Below are positions 1-8,197 of a stretch of 42,434 bases of DNA, piece by piece (position 1 is the first letter of the stretch; each line of letters opens with the position of its first letter). Below the pieces are notes generated by a model. It ran no database searches and had not been told where the DNA came from. It worked only from the letters and a program-made list of their open reading frames with translations. Source of the DNA: an uncultured Bacteroides sp. (lineage in GTDB: Bacteria; Bacteroidota; Bacteroidia; Bacteroidales; JACABE01); the NCBI GenBank assembly GCA_964646395.1, contig CAZYEM010000004.1:1-42434 (forward strand). The letters run 5' to 3'. The position numbers and the translations under genes were made by a program.

Positions 1-516
1 ATGCAAAAGTATAAAATTTATTGAAATACAAACATAAAAATTATCATAATTTAATAACAATAATTGTTAAATATTTTTCATTCAGTTGATTGAAGCCTAT
101 TTCTGTTGTTTTAAATTTATTTTATTAATGATATTTTTTTGATATTTTTGCAAAATATAAAAATATGATTAAAATTTATTTTTATTTTAAGCTTTGGAAT
201 GCCAATTAAAAAACTTCAAGAATGATAGTTCAAATGCTAATAGATGTTTAAATACAACTTGTACTGCATTTTTTATGAATTATTATATTTAACTACTAAG
301 CATAAATAAAATGGAAATTAAAAGTTTTGTGATATAAACTTAATTGAATAAAATTTGTGTTTTTTTTGCAATCTCAAAATATTATATTATCAACAAAAAA
401 ATTAAACCTAAACAATATTAAGAATATTGAATTGATAAAACTAACTAATAATTTATTTACAAAAAGCACTGTTAATTCAAATTTTTTAAATGTAAGAATT
501 TTTAAATTATAAACAT

Positions 517-1077
517 ATGATAAGAATAGCAATTTTAGCCTCTGGAAGTGGTAGTAATGCTCAACGAATTATCGAATATTTTGCTGACAGTAAAAATATT
601 CAATTCCCTTTTATAGTAACAAATAAAGAAGATTCCTATGTAAGAAAACGAGCTGAATTTTTGAGAATCCCATCAATATATATGAGTAATTCTGACTTAA
701 AAAAAGGAGATTCCCTTTTAGATTTATTAATTGAAAATAAAATTGATTGGGTAATTCTTGCAGGATATTTATTACTAATTCCTAATATTATTATAAAAAA
801 ATTTAATAATAAAATTATTAATATACATCCTGCATTATTGCCAAAATACGGTGGCAAGGGTATGTATGGAATGAAAGTTCATGAAACTGTAATTGCAAAT
901 AATGAGAAAGAAAGTGGAATTACTATCCACTATGTAAATGAAAACTATGATGATGGAGATATAATTTTGCAAGCAAAATGCAGTATATCTAAAGATGATA
1001 ATCCAGAAACGCTTTCACAGAAGATTCATCTTTTAGAATATGAATATTTCCCAAAAGCAATTGAAAATCTTATTTAA
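517..1077 (+). CDS. purN: phosphoribosylglycinamide formyltransferase
   Basis: N-terminal ILASGSGSNAQ, LAGY, INIHPALLPKYGG, SGITIHYV..YDDG formyltransferase motifs. Confidence 0.96.
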   Translation: MIRIAILASGSGSNAQRIIEYFADSKNIQFPFIVTNKEDSYVRKRAEFLRIPSIYMSNSDLKKGDSLLDLLIENKIDWVILAGYLLLIPNIIIKKFNNKIINIHPALLPKYGGKGMYGMKVHETVIANNEKESGITIHYVNENYDDGDIILQAKCSISKDDNPETLSQKIHLLEYEYFPKAIENLI

Positions 1078-1084
1078 ACACAAA

Positions 1085-2248
1085 TTATTCTTTTAGTTTA
1101 GCTATTTTTTTACTCCCTTGATAAATCTCAAATTTTGCTAATTTGCATTCCAATGGACCATTAAATAAAGTTATTTTTTTGGTTGGCTTTAATCCTATAA
1201 ATTTCAATGCATTAAAATCAGAACTTATTATCCATGCGTTAAAATCATTATAATTTTTTTTAAGTGCATTTCCAATTTCCTGATAAAGTTTAATAATATC
1301 TTCTGGAACAATTCTCTCACCATAAGGAGGATTTGTAATCATAATACCACCTCCTTCGGGTGGAACTTGTTCTTCAAACGATTTTATTTCAAAAGTAATA
1401 TCTTTATGTAATTTTGCAGACTTAGCATTTATTAAAGCAATTTCTATGCTTTCAGAAGAAATATCAGATCCAATTATTTCATATTCAAATTCAGTTTGTT
1501 CATTTAATGCATCCATTTTAATTTTTTCCCATAGGACATTATCAAAATCTTTCCATTTTTCAAAACCAAAAGTTTTTCTGTAATAACCAGAGGGTATATT
1601 ATTTGCAATCATAGCAGCTTCGCAAACTATAGTTCCAGAACCACACATGGGATCAATAAAATTAGATTTTTTGTCCCAACCACTTAACAGAATAATTCCA
1701 GCAGCCAACACTTCACTTATAGGAGCTGCTCCGGTTTTAACTCTATAACCTCGCTTATGTAATGAATAACCTGAACTGTCTAATGAAACACTGCAATAAT
1801 TCTTAAAAAGATGAATATTTACTCTAATATCAGGATTTTCAATATCAACATTTGGTCTTCTTTCTGTAAAATCTCTAAAACGGTCAACAATTGCATCTTT
1901 AGTTTTTAAAGAAACATAGTGAGAATGAGTCATAATAGAAGCATTAACCACAGAATCAACTGCTAATGTGCCACTTGCATTCATATAGTTTTCCCATTGA
2001 ATTTCATATATCTTCTTGTATAGGTCTTCTTCTCTTCGAATATAGAAACCTGCAATAGGCTTTAAGATATGCAAAGCAGTTCTACTCCAGTAATTAGCTT
2101 TATACATTAATTCTTTATCACCAGTAAAAGTTACAGCTCTGTTTGATAATTCAATATCTGTTGCACCTATATTATTTAACTCATTAGCAAGTATTTCTTC
2201 TAATCCTGTCATGGTTTTTGCAACCATTGAAAACTTTTCACTTTGCAT
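1085..2248 (-). CDS. THUMP-domain class I SAM-dependent RNA methyltransferase (RlmL-like, 23S rRNA m2G)
   Basis: GLEEILANEL start, THUMP region, SLHKRGYR, DPMCGSGT, TNPPYGER motifs. Confidence 0.9.
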   Translation of the reverse strand: MQSEKFSMVAKTMTGLEEILANELNNIGATDIELSNRAVTFTGDKELMYKANYWSRTALHILKPIAGFYIRREEDLYKKIYEIQWENYMNASGTLAVDSVVNASIMTHSHYVSLKTKDAIVDRFRDFTERRPNVDIENPDIRVNIHLFKNYCSVSLDSSGYSLHKRGYRVKTGAAPISEVLAAGIILLSGWDKKSNFIDPMCGSGTIVCEAAMIANNIPSGYYRKTFGFEKWKDFDNVLWEKIKMDALNEQTEFEYEIIGSDISSESIEIALINAKSAKLHKDITFEIKSFEEQVPPEGGGIMITNPPYGERIVPEDIIKLYQEIGNALKKNYNDFNAWIISSDFNALKFIGLKPTKKITLFNGPLECKLAKFEIYQGSKKIAKLKE

Positions 2249-2249
2249 T

Positions 2250-2645
2250 TTAATGATTTTTAACTAATTTCTCAATAAATTTATTTGCATCAACTATATA
2301 TCGAGTGTGAGTTCCTTTTCCAATCAATCCTGTTTCATCATAAGCAAATACTTCAAATAATAATGTTTTTCCATCAATTTCAATTAATTTAGAATTGCAT
2401 TTTACTAAAACTCCAATAGGTGTTGCTTTCAAATGTTTTATATTAACTTCAATTCCTAATGTAATTTTCCCTTCAGGTAAAAAAGGTTGAATGCTTAACT
2501 GGGCTGTTTGTTCCATTAAGGCTATCATAGCTGGAGTAGCAAAAACATCAATTAAACCTGATCCATATTTTGAAGCAGTATTTTCAGATGAAACTATTAA
2601 CCCCTTATCTCCTAAAACACCTATCTGTAAATTACTTAAATCCAT
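2250..2645 (-). CDS. hotdog-fold thioesterase (fluoroacetyl-CoA thioesterase FlK-like)
   Basis: VFATPAMIALME, HLKATPIG, GTHTR motifs. Confidence 0.88.
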   Translation of the reverse strand: MDLSNLQIGVLGDKGLIVSSENTASKYGSGLIDVFATPAMIALMEQTAQLSIQPFLPEGKITLGIEVNIKHLKATPIGVLVKCNSKLIEIDGKTLLFEVFAYDETGLIGKGTHTRYIVDANKFIEKLVKNH

Positions 2646-2652
2646 AAATTGA

Positions 2653-3057
2653 TTAAAAATTAAAAATTAATGTTTGTTTTAAATCTGTGTGTAAACTTTT
2701 TGCAACAGGACAATTTTGAGCAGCTATTTTTATTATCTGCTGTTCTTTTGCAGAATAATTATGTTCATTGAAAATAAACTCAACTATAATTTCGCCTACT
2801 CTTCTCGGATTTGATTCCATAATTTTTGTAATGTTGACATTGGTACCATCGATATTAAAATTATGGCTTTGTGCAGCTATTCCAATTATTGTAAGCATAC
2901 AACTTCCTAATGCTGCTGCTAACAAATCTGTTGGTGAAAAAAAATCAGCTTTACCGTTGTTGTCAATTGGAGCATCTGTAATTAATGTTTTACCAGAATA
3001 AATATGCTTAGCTTCTGTTCTTAATTCACTTATGTATTTTGTTTTTATTGTAATCAT
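2653..3057 (-). CDS. OsmC-family protein (YhfA-like)
   Basis: TDAP.DNNG...FSPTDLLAAALGSC and CPV..SL motifs. Confidence 0.9.
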   Translation of the reverse strand: MITIKTKYISELRTEAKHIYSGKTLITDAPIDNNGKADFFSPTDLLAAALGSCMLTIIGIAAQSHNFNIDGTNVNITKIMESNPRRVGEIIVEFIFNEHNYSAKEQQIIKIAAQNCPVAKSLHTDLKQTLIFNF

Positions 3058-3072
3058 ATAAAAAAATTTCTA

Positions 3073-3080
3073 CAAAGATA
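3073..3080 (-). promoter_or_regulatory. Bacteroidota sigma-A -7 box for the osmC-thioesterase-methyltransferase operon
   Basis: TATCTTTG on the minus strand (TAnnTTTG consensus), 15 nt upstream of the ATG. Confidence 0.6.
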
Positions 3081-3094
3081 AAAAAATAAAAAAT

Positions 3095-3122
3095 AAAAAA
3101 GCCCCCGTTGCCGGAGGCTTTT
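3095..3122 (-). terminator. intrinsic terminator after the Cys-rich miniprotein gene
   Basis: minus strand GCCTCCG-GCAA-CGGGGGC followed by TTTTTT. Confidence 0.85.
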
Positions 3123-3126
3123 CCCC

Positions 3127-3147
3127 AAAACTAAATTAATTATGAAA
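3127..3147 (-). other. 3'UTR motif copy 1 (UUUCAUAAUUAAUUUAGUUUU), candidate sRNA seed
   Basis: near-identical to 11581-11602; both lie just 5' of a terminator hairpin on the transcribed strand. Confidence 0.45.
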
Positions 3148-3189
3148 CGTACATGTAACCCTCAGGACGAGGACCAACATGTTTTTTAC

Positions 3190-3483
3190 TTATTGTTTTG
3201 GTGCAGTTTTTTTTGTATCGCTACATTTAGATGAACAATCTGATTTGCTTCCACATTTAGCATCAGCTTTCTTAGCATCAGTTTTTTTTGTGTCAGAACA
3301 ACATTTTGCATCAGCTTTTTTATCACCAGCACAACATTTGTGTTCTGCTGCTTTATTAGTTGTTGCTTTCTTTTCTACTGCTACTTTTTGTTTATCCTGT
3401 TTTAAAACATTCGCATCAGCATTAAAAGAAAAAGCAAATAAAACAAAAGTTATTAGAGATATTCCGATTATTATTTTTTTCAT
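3190..3483 (-). CDS. secreted low-complexity Lys/Cys-rich miniprotein (putative metal/redox-binding)
   Basis: Sec signal MKKIIIG...ADA|N; 7 Cys; repeats KKADAKC x2 and CSDTKKT x2; own -7 box and terminator. Confidence 0.8.
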   Translation of the reverse strand: MKKIIIGISLITFVLFAFSFNADANVLKQDKQKVAVEKKATTNKAAEHKCCAGDKKADAKCCSDTKKTDAKKADAKCGSKSDCSSKCSDTKKTAPKQ

Positions 3484-3508
3484 TTTTTTATTATTTAAGA
3501 TTGAGCGA

Positions 3509-3516
3509 CAAAATTA
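3509..3516 (-). promoter_or_regulatory. sigma-A -7 box for the Cys-rich miniprotein gene
   Basis: TAATTTTG on the minus strand, 25 nt upstream of the ATG. Confidence 0.6.
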
Positions 3517-3537
3517 AATATTATTTCCAAACAACGC

Positions 3538-3574
3538 TGTTAATTAAAAGTTAATCTTGTTAATCGAAAGTTAA
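3538..3574. promoter_or_regulatory. tandem direct repeats, putative OmpR-family regulator binding sites
   Basis: TGTTAATTAAAAGTTAA (3538-3554) and TGTTAATCGAAAGTTAA (3558-3574), 15/17 identical, each GTTAA-N6-GTTAA. Confidence 0.6.
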
Positions 3575-3696
3575 GCCTATTCTCTGTTGAATTATTTTAT
3601 TTAATTTTGATATAAAATTTCTTTAGATATTCAACACAACTAACTGTTGCAAATATACTAATTTTATTTAAATAAAATAATATTTATAAATTAAAA

Positions 3697-5004
3697 ATGA
3701 ATAAAAAAATAACTTTACTCATATCTGTAATCTCTAGTTTCTCTTTAATTGGAATAGTAGTAATTCAGCTTCTATGGGCTAATTATGCATTGGAATTAAG
3801 AACAGAAATTTTTGATAAACGAGTACAGATTTTTTTAAAGGATATTGTTTCAGTCATTTCAAATAACAACTTCTCAGAAGATTCAATCGTCTGTCCATTT
3901 AATAAAAGTGAATCTAATTACAAATCATGCTCAAAAAGCTTTATTAATATTCATAAAATAAATCTGGAAAGATTAGACTCTATTATGTTCGGAGAATTTT
4001 GCAATAGAATGAAGGTTAATAAAGACTATGTATATGGTATTATTGATAAAGAAAACAATAAGTTACTATCATGTTCAAACCAAACATTTTCAAAAGAAAT
4101 ATTAAATACTTATCATACATATCCTATTCCAAGCTGTTTTAAGAAAGATACAATATTTCTAGCAATATATTTTCCTAATCAAAGTAATTATATATTAAAT
4201 CGCATGATTTTTTTATTAATTATCTCTTCCTTATTTTTAATAGTAGTTATCTTTAGTTTTGCATTAACCATCATTATATTGTTGCGACAGAAAAAAATAT
4301 CAGAGGTTAAATCTGACTTTGTAAATAACATGACGCATGAATTTAAAACTCCAATAGCAACAATATCGCTTGCCAGTGAAATGATTACAAAAAAATCTGT
4401 AATTGAATCAAAGGAAAAAATAATGCAATATGCAAATATTATTTTTGAAGAAAATAATCGTTTAAAATCACAGGTTGAACAAGTTCTTCAAATTTCTGTA
4501 TTAGATAAAAAAGATTTTAAATTACTTAAGAAAGATGTAGATATTCATGAAATAATTGAAAATACAGTTGATAATTTTCAATTAGTTGTTCAACAAAGGG
4601 ACGGAACTATTAATATGGATTTAAAAGCTGAACCTTTTCACATTTTTGCAGATCCTATACATTTATATAATATTATTTCAAATTTAATTGATAATTCCAT
4701 TAAATATTCTCCTGATAATCCGATTGTTTCAATATCAACAAAAAGTAATAACAATGGAATATTTGTTATAATTGAAGATAAAGGAATTGGGATTAGTGCA
4801 GATAATATAAAACATGTATTTAAAAAATTATATCGAATTCCGACAGGAAATTTACACGACGTAAAAGGCTTTGGTTTAGGTCTTTACTATGTAAAAACGA
4901 TGGTTGAAGCACATGGAGGTAAAATAAAATTGAAGAGTGAATTAAAAAAAGGTAGTACCTTTGAAATATTTTTCCCGTTTAATCATAACATAAATATACA
5001 TTAG
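3697..5004 (+). CDS. membrane sensor histidine kinase (RprX-like)
   Basis: two TM helices, H-box DFVNNMTHEFKTPIATI, N-box NLIDNSIKYS, DKGIGI, GFGLGL. Confidence 0.93.
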   Translation: MNKKITLLISVISSFSLIGIVVIQLLWANYALELRTEIFDKRVQIFLKDIVSVISNNNFSEDSIVCPFNKSESNYKSCSKSFINIHKINLERLDSIMFGEFCNRMKVNKDYVYGIIDKENNKLLSCSNQTFSKEILNTYHTYPIPSCFKKDTIFLAIYFPNQSNYILNRMIFLLIISSLFLIVVIFSFALTIIILLRQKKISEVKSDFVNNMTHEFKTPIATISLASEMITKKSVIESKEKIMQYANIIFEENNRLKSQVEQVLQISVLDKKDFKLLKKDVDIHEIIENTVDNFQLVVQQRDGTINMDLKAEPFHIFADPIHLYNIISNLIDNSIKYSPDNPIVSISTKSNNNGIFVIIEDKGIGISADNIKHVFKKLYRIPTGNLHDVKGFGLGLYYVKTMVEAHGGKIKLKSELKKGSTFEIFFPFNHNINIH

Positions 5005-5007
5005 AAT

Positions 5008-5721
5008 ATGAAAAAATACAAAGCCAAAATACTGCTTGTAGAAGATGATCCGAACTTAAGTTTAGTTTTAGTTGATTATCTTGAAATGTTAACATACGAA
5101 ACATTATTATGCAAAGATGGCGTACATGGATTTAATACCTTTAAATCCACTCACTTTGATTTATGTATTCTTGATGTAATGATGCCAAAAAAAGATGGAT
5201 TTTCATTGGCTGAAGACATTAGAAAACTAAATCAGGATGTGCCGATTATTTTTTTAACGGCTAAATCTCTTAAAGAAGATAGAATCAGAGGATTTAAAGT
5301 TGGCGCTGATGATTATATTACCAAACCATTTAGTACGGAAGAACTTAGCTTAAGAATAGATGCTATTCTTAAAAGATGTATGATTAAAAGCAAACTTTCT
5401 GCAATTGAAAAACAAGAAGTTTTCAAATTGGGTATCTTTACTTTTGATTATTCTAATATGACATTAGTTTCTCCTACAACCAAACAAAATTTAACCAGAA
5501 AAGAAGCTGATTTACTAAAATTACTATCAGATAACAAAAATGTTATTTTGAAAAGAGAAACTGCTTTAAAAACAATTTGGGGTGATGATGATTATTTCAT
5601 TGGTAGAAGTATGGATGTTTTTATTACCAAACTACGTAAATACTTGAGAGAAGATCCAAATATTGCAATTACCAATGTTCATGGAACCGGATTTAAACTG
5701 GAAGTTGAAGAAACTACTTAA
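5008..5721 (+). CDS. OmpR-family response regulator (RprY-like)
   Basis: LLVEDD, LDVMMPKKDG, GADDYITKPF, winged helix RSMDVFITKLRKYL...VHGTGFKL. Confidence 0.93.
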   Translation: MKKYKAKILLVEDDPNLSLVLVDYLEMLTYETLLCKDGVHGFNTFKSTHFDLCILDVMMPKKDGFSLAEDIRKLNQDVPIIFLTAKSLKEDRIRGFKVGADDYITKPFSTEELSLRIDAILKRCMIKSKLSAIEKQEVFKLGIFTFDYSNMTLVSPTTKQNLTRKEADLLKLLSDNKNVILKRETALKTIWGDDDYFIGRSMDVFITKLRKYLREDPNIAITNVHGTGFKLEVEETT

Positions 5722-5926
5722 CAAGATTAATTACATATTAATGAATTTTTGTTTCTAACTTAATATGCGGGAAACTATTTGCTAATGATTTTATTTGAGG
5801 GATTTTTTTATAAAAAAATTAATAGGAAATAATAATTATTTCTTTTAATTAAATTTAAAAATTGATAAAATTAAACTTTTATTAATTTCCTTCATCAAAG
5901 AACAATAAATTTTAAATATTAAAAAA

Positions 5927-6859
5927 ATGAAAACAGTTAAATTTTTAAGCCTAATTTTGGCAGTAACTTTTGGAAGTTACTTATTAACAGGATGTGATAA
6001 AGATAAAATTGATACAGATTTCGATTCATCATCCATGCAGCAACTTGCACAAGACGAAGTTGCAATTGAAAATTATTCAAACGAAGCTTTAGATGACGCT
6101 AATGAAGTTTTATCAAAAGGTGGTGGTGTAAAATCAGTTTCAGCCATGCCATGTAACATGACTTTTGATTCTTTAATATCAGGAGATACAATGACTTACA
6201 CCCTCACATTTAATGGTTTGAATTGTAATGGAAATAAATTTAAAACCGGAGTTATTAAATTAAAAAGAATTATTAATGCACCATGGGCGCAAGCAGGAAC
6301 TTCTGTATCAATGGAATTTATTAATTTTAAAGTAACAAAAGTATCTAATCAAAAATGGATTATGTTGAATGGAATTAAAACCTGGACTAATTTAAGTGGA
6401 GGCTTAATTAAGAATTTGGGAGATTCTGTAACAACTTCAGTAACCCATACTATTATAGGTTCGATACAAGCTTCTTTTAGCGATACAACAATAAGAACAT
6501 GGAATATTGCCCGTAAAAAAACTTTTACAGGAACATATCCAGGAGCATTGGTATTAACTATTGAGGGAATTGGGAACTCAAATGGTTATAACAATTTAGC
6601 CACTTGGGGTTTAAACAGAAAAAATGAAAATTTTTACACACAGATTAGCCAAGCAGTTGTTTTGAAACAAGTATGTGGTTGGGATCCTGTATCTGGTATT
6701 AAAACTCATCAAATCCCTTCCGATAACAAATCAGCTACTACAACTTTCGGATTCGATAGTAATAATCAACCTGTAACAGGAGGTAATTGTCCAGATCGCT
6801 ATAAAATTGATTGGGTAAAGGGAAGTTTATCCGGAACATTTTTCAATGATTTACACTAA
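5927..6859 (+). CDS. hypothetical lipoprotein, probably surface exposed, beta-rich
   Basis: lipobox LLTG|C followed by K/D-rich DKDKIDTD; four further Cys; own terminator. Confidence 0.75.
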   Translation: MKTVKFLSLILAVTFGSYLLTGCDKDKIDTDFDSSSMQQLAQDEVAIENYSNEALDDANEVLSKGGGVKSVSAMPCNMTFDSLISGDTMTYTLTFNGLNCNGNKFKTGVIKLKRIINAPWAQAGTSVSMEFINFKVTKVSNQKWIMLNGIKTWTNLSGGLIKNLGDSVTTSVTHTIIGSIQASFSDTTIRTWNIARKKTFTGTYPGALVLTIEGIGNSNGYNNLATWGLNRKNENFYTQISQAVVLKQVCGWDPVSGIKTHQIPSDNKSATTTFGFDSNNQPVTGGNCPDRYKIDWVKGSLSGTFFNDLH

Positions 6860-6868
6860 ATTTTAAAT

Positions 6869-6906
6869 AAAAAAAGAGGCTTGAAAATTCAAGCCTCTTT
6901 TTTTTT
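6869..6906 (+). terminator. intrinsic terminator
   Basis: GAGGCTTGAA / TTCAAGCCTC inverted repeat flanked by A7 and T9. Confidence 0.9.
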
Positions 6907-6907
6907 G

Positions 6908-6915
6908 TAGCTTTG
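6908..6915 (+). promoter_or_regulatory. sigma-A -7 box for ndh
   Basis: TAGCTTTG directly after the terminator, 11 nt before the ATG. Confidence 0.55.
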
Positions 6916-6926
6916 CAAAAAAAAAA

Positions 6927-8192
6927 ATGCCATTAACAATAAATATTCCGGATACAAAGAAAAAAAGAATTATAATTGTAGGTTGTGGATTTGCAGGACT
7001 TACACTTGCTAAATATCTGAGAAAAAATAACAATCAAGTTATTATTATTGATAAGAATAATTTTCATCAATTTCAACCCTTATTTTATCAAGTTGCTACT
7101 GCAGGCTTAGAACCACGTGATATTGCCTTTCCTATTAGAAAAATTTTTCAAAATTATACAGATTATTTCATACGTGTTGCCAATGTAACCAAGGTTTTAC
7201 CAGAGTTAAATATGATTGAAACTTCACTTGGAAATTTGAAATATGATTTTTTGATTTTAGCAAATGGTGCTGATACAAGTTTTTTTGGTTTGCATAATAT
7301 TCAGAAACATGCTAAACCAATGAAAAATGTATATGAATCAATAGAATTGTTATGGAATATATTGCAAAATATGGAAGATGCTTTAACAACATCAACAGAA
7401 GAGAAAGAGGAATTACTTAATATAGTAGTTGTTGGAGGAGGGCCAACAGGTGTTGAAATTTCAGGGGCATTAATTGAAATGAAAAAATTTGTTTTTCCAA
7501 AAGATTATCCTGAAATCAACTGTAGTCATATTAATATTTATTTGATAGAAGCCTCACCAAAATTATTAGGAGGTATGTCTGAAAAATCTTCTGAAAAATC
7601 AAAAGTATTTCTTGAAAAAATGGGAGTAAAAGTCTTAACATCAACTGCAGTTAAAGATTATGATGGGCATATCGTTTCATTAGGAAATGGTAAAATAATA
7701 AAATCAAAAACACTTATTTGGGCAGCAGGAATTCAAGGAAATATAATAAATGGAATAAATGCCAGTAATTATACAAAATCAAATAGAATTCAAGTTAATG
7801 AAATAAATAAAGTTAAAGGCTATGAAAATATTTACGCATTGGGAGATATTGCCTGCATGACAAGTGAACAAAATCCAGGTGGTCATCCTCAGGTTGCACA
7901 AGTTGCAATTCAACAAGCCAAAAACTTAGCTAATAATATTAAAAACAATACATCAAAACCATTTAAATACAAAGATTTAGGATCTATGGCTACTATTGGC
8001 AGAAATAAAGCAGTTGTTGATCTGCCTTTTATTCATTTTGATGGTTTTTTTGCATGGCTTGTTTGGATGCTTATTCATTTAAGATCAATTTTTGGTGTTA
8101 AAAACAAAATATTAATTTTCATTAATTGGGTATGGAGTTATCTAACTTACGACCAGTCATTAAGATTACTTTTTAAACCATTTAGAAAATAA
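6927..8192 (+). CDS. ndh: type II NADH:quinone oxidoreductase (NDH-2)
   Basis: GCGFAG and VVGGGPTGVE Rossmann motifs, FQPLFYQVAT, PQVAQVAIQQA, GSMATIGRNKAV. Confidence 0.93.
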   Translation: MPLTINIPDTKKKRIIIVGCGFAGLTLAKYLRKNNNQVIIIDKNNFHQFQPLFYQVATAGLEPRDIAFPIRKIFQNYTDYFIRVANVTKVLPELNMIETSLGNLKYDFLILANGADTSFFGLHNIQKHAKPMKNVYESIELLWNILQNMEDALTTSTEEKEELLNIVVVGGGPTGVEISGALIEMKKFVFPKDYPEINCSHINIYLIEASPKLLGGMSEKSSEKSKVFLEKMGVKVLTSTAVKDYDGHIVSLGNGKIIKSKTLIWAAGIQGNIINGINASNYTKSNRIQVNEINKVKGYENIYALGDIACMTSEQNPGGHPQVAQVAIQQAKNLANNIKNNTSKPFKYKDLGSMATIGRNKAVVDLPFIHFDGFFAWLVWMLIHLRSIFGVKNKILIFINWVWSYLTYDQSLRLLFKPFRK

Positions 8193-8197
8193 AAATT

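Noticed and set aside
1-516. Long AT-rich leader with a TAACAA-TAA-TTGTTA palindrome (55-69) and AAGCCTATT(C)TCTGTTG shared with 3573-3589
   Set aside because: No ORF or convincing RNA structure; short matches are expected at this AT content. A minus-strand -7 box at 4-11 suggests it is simply a divergent promoter region.
3142-3234. Plus-strand 30-codon ORF (MKRTCNPQ...) with an ideal-looking start context
   Set aside because: It is antisense to the miniprotein's 3' end with no promoter; the start-like context is better explained as the complement of the 3'UTR motif.
3190-3483. Calling the Cys-rich peptide a RiPP precursor for the B12 radical SAM enzyme
   Set aside because: The genes are ~6 kb apart in separate transcription units, the peptide is Sec-exported, and no RiPP maturation genes are adjacent.
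3179-3517. 112-aa plus-strand ORF with FASAFL repeats
   Set aside because: Antisense shadow of the Cys-rich gene, which has the signal peptide, promoter and terminator.
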